Sequence record: DRR378314_2387
Direction: 5' to 3' (one strand)
DNA: 36,604 nt
In this document: piece by piece, positions 24,767-36,100 of the stretch
Position numbering within the stretch: position 1 is the first letter of the stretch
Layout: every line of letters starts with the position of its first letter
Position numbers and translations under genes: made by a program
Notes under the pieces: generated by a model
The model's database searches: none
Told to the model about the DNA's origin: nothing
What the model saw: only the letters and a program-made list of their open reading frames with translations

Positions 24767-26682
24767 TTACTATCTTCTTTTAAAGGGGTGCTTTCTTCTT
24801 TTTTAAGATACTCGTCTAAAAACTCTAAAATTTTACTGTAAGCGGTTATTTGATTTTCTTTTTTTACAAACCCATGGCCTTCATCTTCAAAAAGCACATA
24901 TTCTACGGGAACGCCATTTTTTCGCACGCCTGCTACGATTTCATCCGATTCAGCCTGCAATACCCTAGGGTCTTGCGAACCCTGAAGTACAATCAACGGC
25001 TTGGTGACCTTATCGGTATGGAATAGCGGTGATATTTGCTTTAAACGAACCGAATCTGCACTGTACGGGTCCCCTAGTTCCTTGTAGAGGGCATCTTTAA
25101 AGGATTCCCACCATGGAGGGATACTTTTTAGCGTTCTCATCCAATTGGTCACTCCGAACAAGTTTACGCCCACATCAAACTCTTCGGGAGTGTAGGTGAG
25201 GGCGGCCATGGTCATGTAACCACCGTAAGAACCACCGATGATCCCTATTTTTTCACCATCGATTTCGGCTTGTTGGGCCAACCAGTTTTTACCTTCCACG
25301 CAATCCTTTAGATCTTTGTCACCATGGTTCAAATCGTCCATTTGGTAAAAGGTTTTTCCATAACCACTGCTTCCTCGGTTGTTTACCGCTAAGATCGCAT
25401 AGCCATGGTTTACCAGATATTGGATGAACGAGCTAAAGTTTTGACGAGACTGTCCCCCAGGCCCTCCGTGGACCCAAACCAATGCTGGTACCGGATTTTC
25501 TGCACTTGCTTGGTGCGGGGTGTAATAAATGGCCGGGATTTCCAGCCCATCAAAAGATTTGTACCGTACCACTTCTGCTTTTACCAGGTCCTGTGCCTGA
25601 ACTTCGGGGTTTAGCACATCGGTAAGCTTTTTTTGCTCCTTGGTCTCAAGATTGTAAACGTAAAGGTTGGATGGAGTGTGCGACCCTCCTGCATAAAAAC
25701 GCATCATCGTTTCGTCATCGGAAAAACTAACACTTGTAAGCTCCATGTTTTCAACAGTGGGCAAGTCTATATTCTCGCCTGTGGCTACCTCCTTCACTTC
25801 GATGGTGTTTTTAGCATCTTCGTTAATATAAGTGACTTGGTAGGTTCCATTTTGGGTAAAATAGCTTCCAGAAATATCCCAATCTTGCTGCATAGCTTTT
25901 TCATACGAGGCATCGGCCAAGTTGTACTTCATCAAATATGAAAATTCGCTGCCATCATCGGTGGTGTAATAAAGTGCCGAACCATCAGGAGCAAAATCTT
26001 GTGGATAGTTGCCACTTTGGGTTTTGTTGATTTGCATCAACTCATCCGATTCCAGGTTGTACAAGTATAAATCACTATCATTGGTGTTGATGGATTTGCT
26101 CAATGCAACATATTTTTCATCGGGAGAGACAACCCCAACATCATATCCATCATTATTTTGATAGATCAATTTAGAAGTCAAACTTTCCAAATCCATTTTA
26201 TACAAATCCACAAACCGATTGTCTCTTTTATTGGAACCGTAGAAAAATGCGGTTTTGTCTTCGGACCATTGGTAAAATAGGGAACGAGCACCTTCTTCTG
26301 GGGTTAGATCTTTGTGACTGCCGTCCGTATCCCGTACAAAAATGTGATAGATTTCGTCCCCATTGTTATCCATTCGGAACAACATTCTTGCATCTTTGGG
26401 AAAATAGGAAATGGCAAAAACGGACGAACTGTCCGATTGGGTTACAGGCATCATATCACCGCCCGATGTAGGAACGGTGTACATATTGTAAATACCCGAA
26501 CGGTTGCTCGACACCAATAATTTGGACTTGTCCGGGGAAAAACTGCCTCCAGCAACGGACTCGTTGTCCATCATTTGGCCAATGGTATAGGTTTTCATCG
26601 TATCGGCGATGGACGGTTCTTTTTTTTGTTCTTTGCAGGCCCAGATGCTTAGAGTCAAGGCGATTGCCAGTATTTTTTTCAT
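24763..26682 (-). CDS. S9-family (prolyl oligopeptidase-like) peptidase, lipoprotein
   Basis: Lipobox IWAC; beta-propeller; HGGP, GGSYGG (Ser), DPRV (Asp), DEGHGF (His). Confidence 0.93.
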   Translation of the reverse strand: MKKILAIALTLSIWACKEQKKEPSIADTMKTYTIGQMMDNESVAGGSFSPDKSKLLVSSNRSGIYNMYTVPTSGGDMMPVTQSDSSSVFAISYFPKDARMLFRMDNNGDEIYHIFVRDTDGSHKDLTPEEGARSLFYQWSEDKTAFFYGSNKRDNRFVDLYKMDLESLTSKLIYQNNDGYDVGVVSPDEKYVALSKSINTNDSDLYLYNLESDELMQINKTQSGNYPQDFAPDGSALYYTTDDGSEFSYLMKYNLADASYEKAMQQDWDISGSYFTQNGTYQVTYINEDAKNTIEVKEVATGENIDLPTVENMELTSVSFSDDETMMRFYAGGSHTPSNLYVYNLETKEQKKLTDVLNPEVQAQDLVKAEVVRYKSFDGLEIPAIYYTPHQASAENPVPALVWVHGGPGGQSRQNFSSFIQYLVNHGYAILAVNNRGSSGYGKTFYQMDDLNHGDKDLKDCVEGKNWLAQQAEIDGEKIGIIGGSYGGYMTMAALTYTPEEFDVGVNLFGVTNWMRTLKSIPPWWESFKDALYKELGDPYSADSVRLKQISPLFHTDKVTKPLIVLQGSQDPRVLQAESDEIVAGVRKNGVPVEYVLFEDEGHGFVKKENQITAYSKILEFLDEYLKKEESTPLKEDSK

Positions 26683-29600
26683 TTTTTGTTATTTAGGTTA
26701 AAGCTCTCGGTCTTCTTAAAAGGAGAGAGGTCCAATGATTCAATGGAAGTTTGGTACGATTTCCATGCATCCTTAAAGAAAGTATTGGTTTTGTCCAATG
26801 CCCCTTTTAGCTCTTCTTCGGCGAACTGAATCATTCTTCTTTCGGTTGCCGTAATCCCTGATTTTCTTGTCCTTACATAATAGGATGCATCACCCAATCT
26901 AGACATTACATTGGGTTCGGGATTTCTAACAATACCCTGGCGTTTGTCGTCCTTGCCCAAATATAGGGCTACAACAGAATCAATCTGTTTTACGATTTCT
27001 TCTGAAGCCTTTATTTGTTCCTCGAACTTATCCTTGTCCAATTCTTTGAGCTCTTTTTTGAACTTGTTAGCCAAATCCTTGCTTTCCACTAATTGTTTTA
27101 CGGCATCGGCTGCGGTTTGGGTATATCCTTCCAGTTTTTTACTGGTTTCGTACACCTCATTGATCGAAGCTAGGTTTACATCCAACCTAGGGTCGGTTTT
27201 TACGGTTATGGAGGTTGAATCGGTTGCTTCCCCATTCACTATCTTTACTTTGTAAGTACCTGGTTTTACATCAACTCCACCACGTTCTCTGGTTCTTTTA
27301 CTAATGGTTCTTGATGGTCTGTCCGGCCCTTTTTCATCCAAGTTCCAATAAATTCTGTGGAAACCTGCTTTTTCAGGGGTTTTGTATTTCAAAGTTCTGA
27401 TGAGCCTGTCACCATCATAAAATTCAAAGAAGATGGAATCTTTGGTTTTTTCCACAGACTTTTCTTCGTCAGCTTCTTTTTCCTCGTTATTTTCATCTTT
27501 CTTCTCTTCTTTGGGCATTTTGTTTCCTTCTTTGAGGTAGTAGGTAATCATAGCTCCGGATTCACGGTTGTCACCGTTATAAACTGCATCACCCCCAAAC
27601 CTTCCTCCCGAGGGTTGCTGATAGGCCGCTAAATAGGCATTTGGACTATTGAACAAACTAATTTCTTTTTGTAAAATAGATGTGTTGCCCGCCAATTTTC
27701 TCAATGGTCGGATATCATCCAGTACCCAAGCGGCCCTTCCAAAGGTACCTATTACTAGATCATGCTCTCTTGGGTGAATCGCCAAATCCTTGGTGGAAAC
27801 TGTTGGGAATCCTTTGTTCCATTTCTTCCAGTTGCTGCCCGCGTCCAAAGAAACATAAAGGCCATCATCAGTACCCAAGAACATAAGGTTTGGGTTTTCT
27901 GGATCTTCAATTATCGACAATGTATAGCTTTCCACATCGTTTTCATCTACAATACGAGTCCAAGTTTTGCCATAATCCTTAGTTCGGTAGGCATATGGGG
28001 TATAGTTGAACCTTCGGTAATCATTGGCGACCAAAAGTGCTTCACCCTTGTTTCTGTTTGAGGCTTTAATTTGTGGAATCCAGCTTCCTGTGGGCAAACC
28101 TTTGATATTTTTGGTCAGATCTACCCAAGTTTCACCGCCATTTAGAGTGTAATGCACACGCCCATCGTCTGTTCCGACCCAAAGCATATCTTGCTCCACA
28201 GGTGAGGGTTCAATTACAATAATGGTACAATGATTTTCTGCTCCCGTGGCATCCATGGTCAATCCACCACTTTCGCTTTGTTTTTGTTTTTCCTTGTCAT
28301 TTGTGGTTAAGTCGGGGGAAATTACTTCCCAAGTCAATCCTTTATCGGTGGATTTGTGTACAAACTGACTTCCAAAATATACGGTACTGTTATCAAAAGG
28401 ATCTTGGCCAATGGCGGCATTCCAGTTAAACCGGAGCATGGTATCTGCATCGGGTGGGGTAGGGCGTACAATGTAGTTGTCCCCGGTTTTCCAATCGTAA
28501 CGGCTCACATATCCTTGTTGGCTCATCGCATAACCAAACTGACTGTCGTCTTTGTCCGGCACCACGTCGAATCCATCGCCAAAGGCGATTTCTTGCCAAT
28601 AACTGTTTCGGATTCCTTGGGTTTTCCAGACGTAGGCAGGTCCTCTCCACGAACCGTTGTCCTGCATACCACCATATACATTATAAGGATATTCGTTGTC
28701 AGTACTGATGTGGTAGAATTGCGCTACGGGCAAATTGCCAATAAAGCGCCACGTTTTACCTCCGTTTTTGGTGATATTAAGTCCACCATCGTTGCCATCC
28801 AGCATAAACTGCCCGTTTTCTGGGTGAATCCACCAGGCATGATGGTCCGGGTGAATCCCATTGTCCACGCCGTAGGCAGGCATCAACTGGGTGAAATTTT
28901 TACCTCCATCCTCAGAAACATTGATGTACGTAAATACAGAGTATACCCGATTTTCATTTTGAGGGTCCACATAAATTTCTGAATAGTAGAACGGACGATT
29001 ACCAATATCGCTCTTATCATTTATTTTTTCCCATTTAAAGCCGCCATCAGTCGACTTGTACAAGGCATTCTTTTTGGCTTCCACCAAGGCATAAATAATA
29101 TTGGGCTTGTTTCTGGCTATAGCTATACCGATTCTACCCAAATCTCCTTTGGGCAGGCCATCATCGGCGGTAACTTTTTTCCAAGTTTCGCCTCCGTCAT
29201 GCGTAATGTGCAATCCACTGCCTTCACCTCCTGAGTTAAAGAACCATGGTTCTCTTTTGTGTTCCCACATGGCAGCAATCAGTTTGTTTGGGTTTTTTGG
29301 GTCCATTACCAAATCGGCAACACCAGTTTTGTTGTTTACAAACAATACTTTTTCCCAAGTTTCGCCACCATCGGTAGTTTTAAAAACACCTCGTTCCGGG
29401 TGTTCGCCCCAAGGGGAACCAATAGCCCCGACATACACTATATCTGGGTCTGTTGGGTCGATAATAACTCTGTGGATGTGCCGTGTTTTCTCTAGCCCCA
29501 TGGATTTCCACGTTTTGCCTCCATCCAAAGATTTGTAGATACCGTATCCACCATTTAAGCTGTTTCTTGGGTTTCCTTCTCCAGTTCCTACCCAAATTAC

Positions 29601-29894
29601 GGACGGATTGGATTGTTGAATGGCTACTGCACCTATTGAAGCTGTCACTTCGTTATCAAATATGGGCTCCCATTTAATACCTCCTGAGGTAGATTTCCAT
29701 AAACCACCTGAAGCAGTTCCCACGAACATAATATCCGGATTGGAATGGACCACATCAATGGAAGTGACACGTCCGCTCATTCCGGCCGGTCCAATATTTC
29801 TTGGTTTCATATCCTGAACCAAATCCATATTGAATTCTTGTGCCGTAATGCTTGCTGTAATGAGAAATACAACAAAGAGTAATGATTTTTTCAT
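26679..29894 (-). CDS. VPS10/sortilin-like BNR (Asp-box) repeat protein
   Basis: RNIGPAGMSGRV, many SxDGGxTW Asp-boxes, GGMQDNG, GDGF, GTFGR; C-terminal coiled coil. Confidence 0.88.
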   Translation of the reverse strand: MKKSLLFVVFLITASITAQEFNMDLVQDMKPRNIGPAGMSGRVTSIDVVHSNPDIMFVGTASGGLWKSTSGGIKWEPIFDNEVTASIGAVAIQQSNPSVIWVGTGEGNPRNSLNGGYGIYKSLDGGKTWKSMGLEKTRHIHRVIIDPTDPDIVYVGAIGSPWGEHPERGVFKTTDGGETWEKVLFVNNKTGVADLVMDPKNPNKLIAAMWEHKREPWFFNSGGEGSGLHITHDGGETWKKVTADDGLPKGDLGRIGIAIARNKPNIIYALVEAKKNALYKSTDGGFKWEKINDKSDIGNRPFYYSEIYVDPQNENRVYSVFTYINVSEDGGKNFTQLMPAYGVDNGIHPDHHAWWIHPENGQFMLDGNDGGLNITKNGGKTWRFIGNLPVAQFYHISTDNEYPYNVYGGMQDNGSWRGPAYVWKTQGIRNSYWQEIAFGDGFDVVPDKDDSQFGYAMSQQGYVSRYDWKTGDNYIVRPTPPDADTMLRFNWNAAIGQDPFDNSTVYFGSQFVHKSTDKGLTWEVISPDLTTNDKEKQKQSESGGLTMDATGAENHCTIIVIEPSPVEQDMLWVGTDDGRVHYTLNGGETWVDLTKNIKGLPTGSWIPQIKASNRNKGEALLVANDYRRFNYTPYAYRTKDYGKTWTRIVDENDVESYTLSIIEDPENPNLMFLGTDDGLYVSLDAGSNWKKWNKGFPTVSTKDLAIHPREHDLVIGTFGRAAWVLDDIRPLRKLAGNTSILQKEISLFNSPNAYLAAYQQPSGGRFGGDAVYNGDNRESGAMITYYLKEGNKMPKEEKKDENNEEKEADEEKSVEKTKDSIFFEFYDGDRLIRTLKYKTPEKAGFHRIYWNLDEKGPDRPSRTISKRTRERGGVDVKPGTYKVKIVNGEATDSTSITVKTDPRLDVNLASINEVYETSKKLEGYTQTAADAVKQLVESKDLANKFKKELKELDKDKFEEQIKASEEIVKQIDSVVALYLGKDDKRQGIVRNPEPNVMSRLGDASYYVRTRKSGITATERRMIQFAEEELKGALDKTNTFFKDAWKSYQTSIESLDLSPFKKTESFNLNNKK

Positions 29895-30195
29895 GAGTTG
29901 GTTTTTTGTTAGTTTAGTCAGTCTTTCGAATTAAGGCCATAGATCTTGAAATGTATGGCCTGTTTTTGGTCGCCTAAAGATACCAAAATCCATAGCTTCG
30001 ATTCTTAAAGGGATGTTAATGGGAAAATCTCTTTTGAAACTAATTATGGGAATTAAGGGATGGAAGGCTTTTCCTATTGTCCCCTTGTTTAAGATGTTTT
30101 TATTTCAATTGAATCCACCACTTTGTTATTGTGCATCAAACAATGCGCTTCAAAAGTCATTGAAACTGATAGCTTTCACCAAGTTGTTTTATAAT

Positions 30196-31602
30196 TTATT
30201 CTATGACCGCATTCTTCAAAAGGCTTTGTAGTTGTTTTTCTGTAAAGACCTGAGACCCCTTGATAACCGTATAAATTTTTCGGGTATTCTCGATGTTTTC
30301 CAATGGGTTAGCCTTCAAAATGACCAAATCAGAAACTTTTCCTTTGGAAACGGCCCCATAATCATTGGTTTGGTTTAAAAACTTAGCTCCGTTCACCGTT
30401 GAGGTGCGAAGGGCATCCAGTGGAGATATTCCATTTTCCACCATAGCAGCTAATTCCTTGTGCAGGGATATTCCTGGGTAAGTGTAAGAGTTGAAGGCTC
30501 CGCTGTCCGATCCTGCTAAGAGAAGAACGCCTGCATCGTCAAGAGATTTGACCAATTTTCCGAAAAAAGCATTCATTTGCTTTCGGTTTTCCCTTGCCTT
30601 CTCCGATGAGTTTAAAGCCGACCGAATTCTACCTTGATAGGTTTGGACGATTCCTTCGCCCATATATTTTAGATAGGTGTCGCTGGTGTGGTCCACTTCA
30701 TCTAAATAACTTAAAGTGTTTCCAATATGAAGTGTGGGGACTACAAAAACATTGTTCTGTTTTAACTTCTTAAACGTATTTTGGGCCGTGCTGTCCGTGT
30801 AGGCATCTAGAAGTGCGGGCATAGCATCCCAAAAACCCATTTCACCATTGTTTATGTTCTCGGTCACTTCAACTTCATTGCTGGCACTGCCCTTCATAAT
30901 GTAATAGAGATGTTCAATGCCATCCATTCCGGCATTAATGTTCTCATCCAAAGTGACGGTAAAGGGCATGTGCCCCGATACGGTGAACCCTCTCTTTTTG
31001 GCTTCTTTGATGGTTTTGATGTAATTGTCAGGCGAAATTCTACTATCATAAATCTTAACAAAATCCACTTGCAAGGCTTCCAGGGAATCCAAGGCTTTTG
31101 CAATATCTTCTTCCGTTTCAACCTCCAAGGAGCCCGCCCAAGTGGCTTTTGGACCATCTATTTTGGGACCAGCGGTAAAAATTGTAGGGCCAACGAGGTC
31201 TTCCGATTCAATTTGACTTTTCCATTCCATCACAGATTGGGTGAGGTCGCCACCTGCATCACGAACTGTGGTAATTCCGTTGACAATAAATAGTTTCAAA
31301 AAGTTCTTGTTGTTGGCAACCAAACTATCACCACCCCGCAAATGGATATGGTTGTCCCAAAATCCGGGCAACACATATTTCCCTGAGGCATCAATAGAGG
31401 AATTGGCCTTAAACTGGCCTAAACCTGCTGCTTCGACTGCTTCAATTCTTCCATTGGAAATAAAAATGTCTTGGTTTTCAACTTTTCCGGTCTCCAGATG
31501 GATAACTTGTGCATTGGTAATTGCCAAATCAAAGTTGTTGGTAATTTCCTTTTTGCAACTGAAAATAATCAGCAGTAGTGATAAAAAGAGTAGTCGAGTC
31601 AT
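30196..31602 (-). CDS. Amidohydrolase-family lipoprotein
   Basis: Lipobox IFSC; PGFWDNHIH, GITTVRD, VKIY, EHL, AGSD, GKVSDLVIL. Confidence 0.9.
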   Translation of the reverse strand: MTRLLFLSLLLIIFSCKKEITNNFDLAITNAQVIHLETGKVENQDIFISNGRIEAVEAAGLGQFKANSSIDASGKYVLPGFWDNHIHLRGGDSLVANNKNFLKLFIVNGITTVRDAGGDLTQSVMEWKSQIESEDLVGPTIFTAGPKIDGPKATWAGSLEVETEEDIAKALDSLEALQVDFVKIYDSRISPDNYIKTIKEAKKRGFTVSGHMPFTVTLDENINAGMDGIEHLYYIMKGSASNEVEVTENINNGEMGFWDAMPALLDAYTDSTAQNTFKKLKQNNVFVVPTLHIGNTLSYLDEVDHTSDTYLKYMGEGIVQTYQGRIRSALNSSEKARENRKQMNAFFGKLVKSLDDAGVLLLAGSDSGAFNSYTYPGISLHKELAAMVENGISPLDALRTSTVNGAKFLNQTNDYGAVSKGKVSDLVILKANPLENIENTRKIYTVIKGSQVFTEKQLQSLLKNAVIE

Positions 31603-31678
31603 TTAAGGTTGATTTCTGAATCCTTAAAGATACCTGAATTTTTATTTTACCAGCTTTTGGGTTATTCCACTTTTTTTA

Positions 31679-32965
31679 GTGATTTTTATCCAAATCCAAG
31701 TTTTGAAGGAAACCAAACCAAGTTGGCTCTATCTATTATTATTGATTCTTTCGGGAGAAGCCATTTTTATTCTGCCTTTTGTTTTACCACGTGTTTTTAG
31801 GCCCACTGTTTTGGATGTTCTGGAGTTGGACAATGTTCAACTAGGCCTATGTTTTTCAGTATATGGACTGGTTGCAATGGTTTCCTATGTTTTCGGCGGA
31901 CCTTTGGCCGATAAATATCAGCCTCGGAAATTAATTGCCATTGCCTTGTGGATGACCGCTTTGGGTGGGTTTTTGTTTGCACAATACCCCCGTTTTGAGG
32001 TACTTCAAGTATTGTATGGATGGTGGGGCTTTACCACTATTTTTCTTTTTTGGGCACCTATGATCAAGGCCACACGAATTTGGGGGGGTACCGATTCTCA
32101 AGGAAAGGCTTTTGGATTTTTGGATGGTGGTCGTGGTTTAACAGGGGCATTGTTCAGTTTGTTGGGCGTAGCGGTATTTTCATTTTTCTTATTGGAGTCT
32201 CCCGAGTTGGCCAATCTTCAAGACCGAAAATCGGCATTTACCTATGTTCTTTATTTTGCTTCAGTGATTATCATCTTGATTGGGATTTTGGTTTGGTTTT
32301 TCATGAAGACTGAGGAAGACGATGCAAAAGTGATTCTTGAACGTATTTCTTGGCAGGATATTAAAAAGGTACTAAAATTACCTTCGGTTTGGCTATTGAT
32401 GGTCATCATACTTTGCGGATACGTGGGCTACAAGATTACGGATATCATCTCGCAATATGCCGAAGAAGTCATGCTGTACAATCAAGTGGAATCGGCAACG
32501 GTTGGAACGCTCTTGCAATTTCTCCGTCCAGCAACAGGTATTCTTTTTGGTTTAATAGCCGATAAGCTCAAAATTACATGGCTTTTGGTGGTAAGCTTTG
32601 TTTTGACATTGATTGGCGGATTGTTGTTCGCTAGTGGGGTAATAGCACCAACGACCACACTCTTGTTCTTTATGTCGGTGGTGGTAATTGCAGCAGGGGT
32701 GTATGCTACAAGGGCACTATACTTTGGCGTAATGCAAGTTGGTAGAATTCCATTGGCTTTAACGGGAACAGCAGTTGGGCTCATTTCATTGATTGGTTAT
32801 ACCCCCGATGTTTTTGCAGGTCCGGCATACGGAATGCTTTTGGATGCGCACCCCGGTGAAGAGATTGGACATCAAAATGTGTTCTGGATGTTGAGTGCGT
32901 TTGCACTTCTGGGCTGTATCGCGGCATTGGTCTACCACAAAAAATATGGCAAGGAGCCTATTTGA
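31679..32965 (+). CDS. MFS transporter (start may be TTG at 31703)
   Basis: About 12 TM segments; motif A GGPLADKYQPRK and GLIADK. Confidence 0.88.
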   Translation: MIFIQIQVLKETKPSWLYLLLLILSGEAIFILPFVLPRVFRPTVLDVLELDNVQLGLCFSVYGLVAMVSYVFGGPLADKYQPRKLIAIALWMTALGGFLFAQYPRFEVLQVLYGWWGFTTIFLFWAPMIKATRIWGGTDSQGKAFGFLDGGRGLTGALFSLLGVAVFSFFLLESPELANLQDRKSAFTYVLYFASVIIILIGILVWFFMKTEEDDAKVILERISWQDIKKVLKLPSVWLLMVIILCGYVGYKITDIISQYAEEVMLYNQVESATVGTLLQFLRPATGILFGLIADKLKITWLLVVSFVLTLIGGLLFASGVIAPTTTLLFFMSVVVIAAGVYATRALYFGVMQVGRIPLALTGTAVGLISLIGYTPDVFAGPAYGMLLDAHPGEEIGHQNVFWMLSAFALLGCIAALVYHKKYGKEPI

Positions 32966-33157
32966 GGCTTTTCTCCGCTCCACCAGTGTAGGTACCTTTG
33001 TTGAAAACCCGTTAAGTTCCTATGAATTTGTTTATTTTTACAATTTGAGACAATAGAAACCTATTTTCAGCAAAATAGTAATTATATTGCCACCTAATTG
33101 GTTATTTGCCAATAAATAAAACTAAACGATAAGACTTTACAACTATTATTAATGCAC

Positions 33158-36100
33158 ATGAAGAATTACATTTTAGGGGCGTTATGCCTACTTTTTGTTC
33201 TTGTTGGGTGTGAGAAAAAACGCAAAGGTTCCCCGAAACTCTTGGTTTTTTCAAAAACAATGGGTTTTAAACATGCATCCATCCCATCAGGAATCGCGGC
33301 ACTTGAAAAATTGGGCCAAGAAAATGATTTTGTTATCGACACCACTACCAATGGTGAACTATTTACCGACGAAAATTTAGCGCAGTATTCGGCAGTTGTC
33401 TTTTTAAGCACTACTGGTAACGTACTCAACGCTCGCGAAGAAGCAGCTTTTGAACGCTATATCCAAGCCGGTGGAGGCTATGTGGGTATTCACGCAGCAG
33501 CCGATACCGAATACGATTGGGGGTGGTACAACAAACTGGTCGGAGCTCAATTCTTAAGTCACCCTGCAGGTACGCCAGAAGCGGATTTTATTATAAAAGA
33601 TAAAAATCATCCAGCTACCGAGTTTTTCACTGATTCCATTTGGCACCGTACCGATGAATTGTACAATTACAAGAATATTTATGATGGTATCAATGTCTTG
33701 ATGACCGTGGACGAGTCGACCTACGAAGGTGGAGAAAATGGAGACTATCACCCAATGGCCTGGTATCATGAGTTCGATGGTGGCCGTGCGTTTTACACCG
33801 CAGCAGGGCATACGGATGAAAGCTTTTCAGAAGAGCTGTTCCTAAAACATGTACTTGGTGGCATCAATTATGCCATTGGTAAAAATTTGGAATTGGATTA
33901 TGCCAAGTCAACATCGCAAATACCACCTGAAGCGGATCGCTTTAGTAAAGTAGCTTTGTCCACTGGACAATTTTTTGAACCTACGGAAATGACTGTGCTT
34001 CCTAACAATGATGTATTAGTGGCTCAACGTAGGGGAGAAATACTGTTGTATTCCGACGAGACCCAAGAGTTGAGCCAAGTTGCCTTTTTGGATGTCTACC
34101 ATAAAACATTGGAAACACCTGGCGTGAATGCAGAGGAAGGTATAATGGGACTTCAAAAGGATCCCAATTTTGCTGAAAACAACTGGATATATGTTTACTA
34201 CGCTCCAACGGGCGATGATTGGGTGAACAGACTTTCAAGATTCAAGTATATCGACGGTAATTTCGATATGGATTCAGAGCAAGTCATTCTTGAAGTGGAT
34301 AGCCAACGTGAAATATGTTGCCATACAGGAGGTTCCATTGCTTTTGGGCCGGATGGAAATCTATATTTATCAACTGGTGATAACTCAACACCTTTCGATG
34401 ATAGTGAAGCTAAATATGTAAACAGTGGATATGCACCTCTGAACGATATTCCGGGCAAAGAGCAGTTTGATGCTAGACGTTCCTCTGCAAATACCAATGA
34501 TCTTAGAGGTAAAATTCTTCGAATCAAGGTGAACGAGGATGGAAGTTATGATATACCCGAAGGGAACCTTTTCCCGGTAGGTACCGAAAAAACACGACCA
34601 GAGATTTATACGATGGGACATCGTAACCCATATCGCATCTCGGTAGATTTAAAACGTGGATACTTGTATTGGGGCGATGTTGGGCCAGATGCACGTGTGG
34701 ATAGTTTGGAAACCCGAGGCCCACGAGGTTATGATGAAATGAATCAGGCCCGTGAACCAGGAAATTACGGTTGGCCTATGTTTATCGGTGATAACTTTGC
34801 GTATAGCAAATATGATTATGAAACCGGGGAATCCGGAAGGTTTTTCGATCCAGAGAAACCAATTAACGATTCCAAGAACAATACAGGTTTAAAAGAATTG
34901 CCACCTGCCCAACCAGCTTACGCATACTATCATTATGGTGAAAGCCAAGATTTCCCCCAAACTGGTTCTGGCGGAAGAAACGCAATGGCAGGACCTACGT
35001 ATTGGTCAGATTTATACCCTAATGGCGGAGGTTTACCATCTTATTACGATGGAAAAGTAATCATCTACGATTGGATGAGAGGCTGGATGATGGCATTGCA
35101 CCTTTTTGAAGATGGTTCAGTCAATAAAATGGAACCTTTTGCTCCAGACATCGAATTAAGCAATTTAATTGATATGGAAATGAGTCCTGATGGACGCGTT
35201 TACCTATTGGAATACGGAAGTGGTTGGTTCTCTGCAAACCCGGACAGTGGTTTGGGCTATATTGAATATAATGGAGGCAACCGAGCTCCGGTAATCGACA
35301 GCTTTATTGTGGACAACGATTCTGGATCGCTACCACTTTCTGTAACGGCTACGGTAGAAGCACATGATTGCGAAGGTGATAGTATGAGCTATATTTGGGA
35401 TTTGGGCGATGGCAATACTCAGGAGACCACGGAACCTACTTTAACTTACGCGTACAAAGATGCGGGTTCTTACAAACTAAATGTAACAGTTAAAGATCCC
35501 GCAGGAGAAGAAGTTTCCAGCATTGATCAAACCATAGTTGCGGGTAATGAACGACCTGTAGTGGATATTGAATTGGATCAGGCAAATTCGTCATTTTACA
35601 TACCTGGACAACCCATTAATTATACGGTTTCTGTTTCGGATGCTGATAGCGAAGTTGATGAAGACAATGTTTATGTCTCGGTAGAATATCGTTCTGGCAT
35701 GGATGAGGTCAATATGAATTTAGGCCATCAGCAGGTATCCGGAGCCGTAATGGGCAAAGCACTGACCCAGAGTTTGGATTGTAAATCTTGCCACAAGGAA
35801 AAAGAAGCGTCAATAGGACCAAACTACCTTGAGGTTTCCGAGAAGTACAAGGATGATCGCAGAGCCACCAATTATTTAATGGCCAAAATCATTGGAGGAG
35901 GTTCTGGTGTATGGGGCGAGGTGGTAATGCCAGCACACCCAAATGTCTCTCAAATAGAGGCTAGACAAATTACCCAGTATATTCAGTCCTTAACAGGCGG
36001 AGACAATAAGAAACCATCACTTCCTTTGACCGGTACTGTAAGACCAGAAGCCAAAGAGAATGGAGAAGTATTCTTGTTGACGGCCAGTTATACCGACCAG

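Noticed and set aside
28356-28982. 208-aa plus-strand ORF and other short ORFs overlapping real genes
   Set aside because: Antisense or alternate-frame shadows of well-supported CDS
30008-30062. GGGATG and ATGGGAA repeats upstream of the VPS10-like gene
   Set aside because: Spacings (47 and 27 bp) are inconsistent and do not match the 21-bp regulon motif
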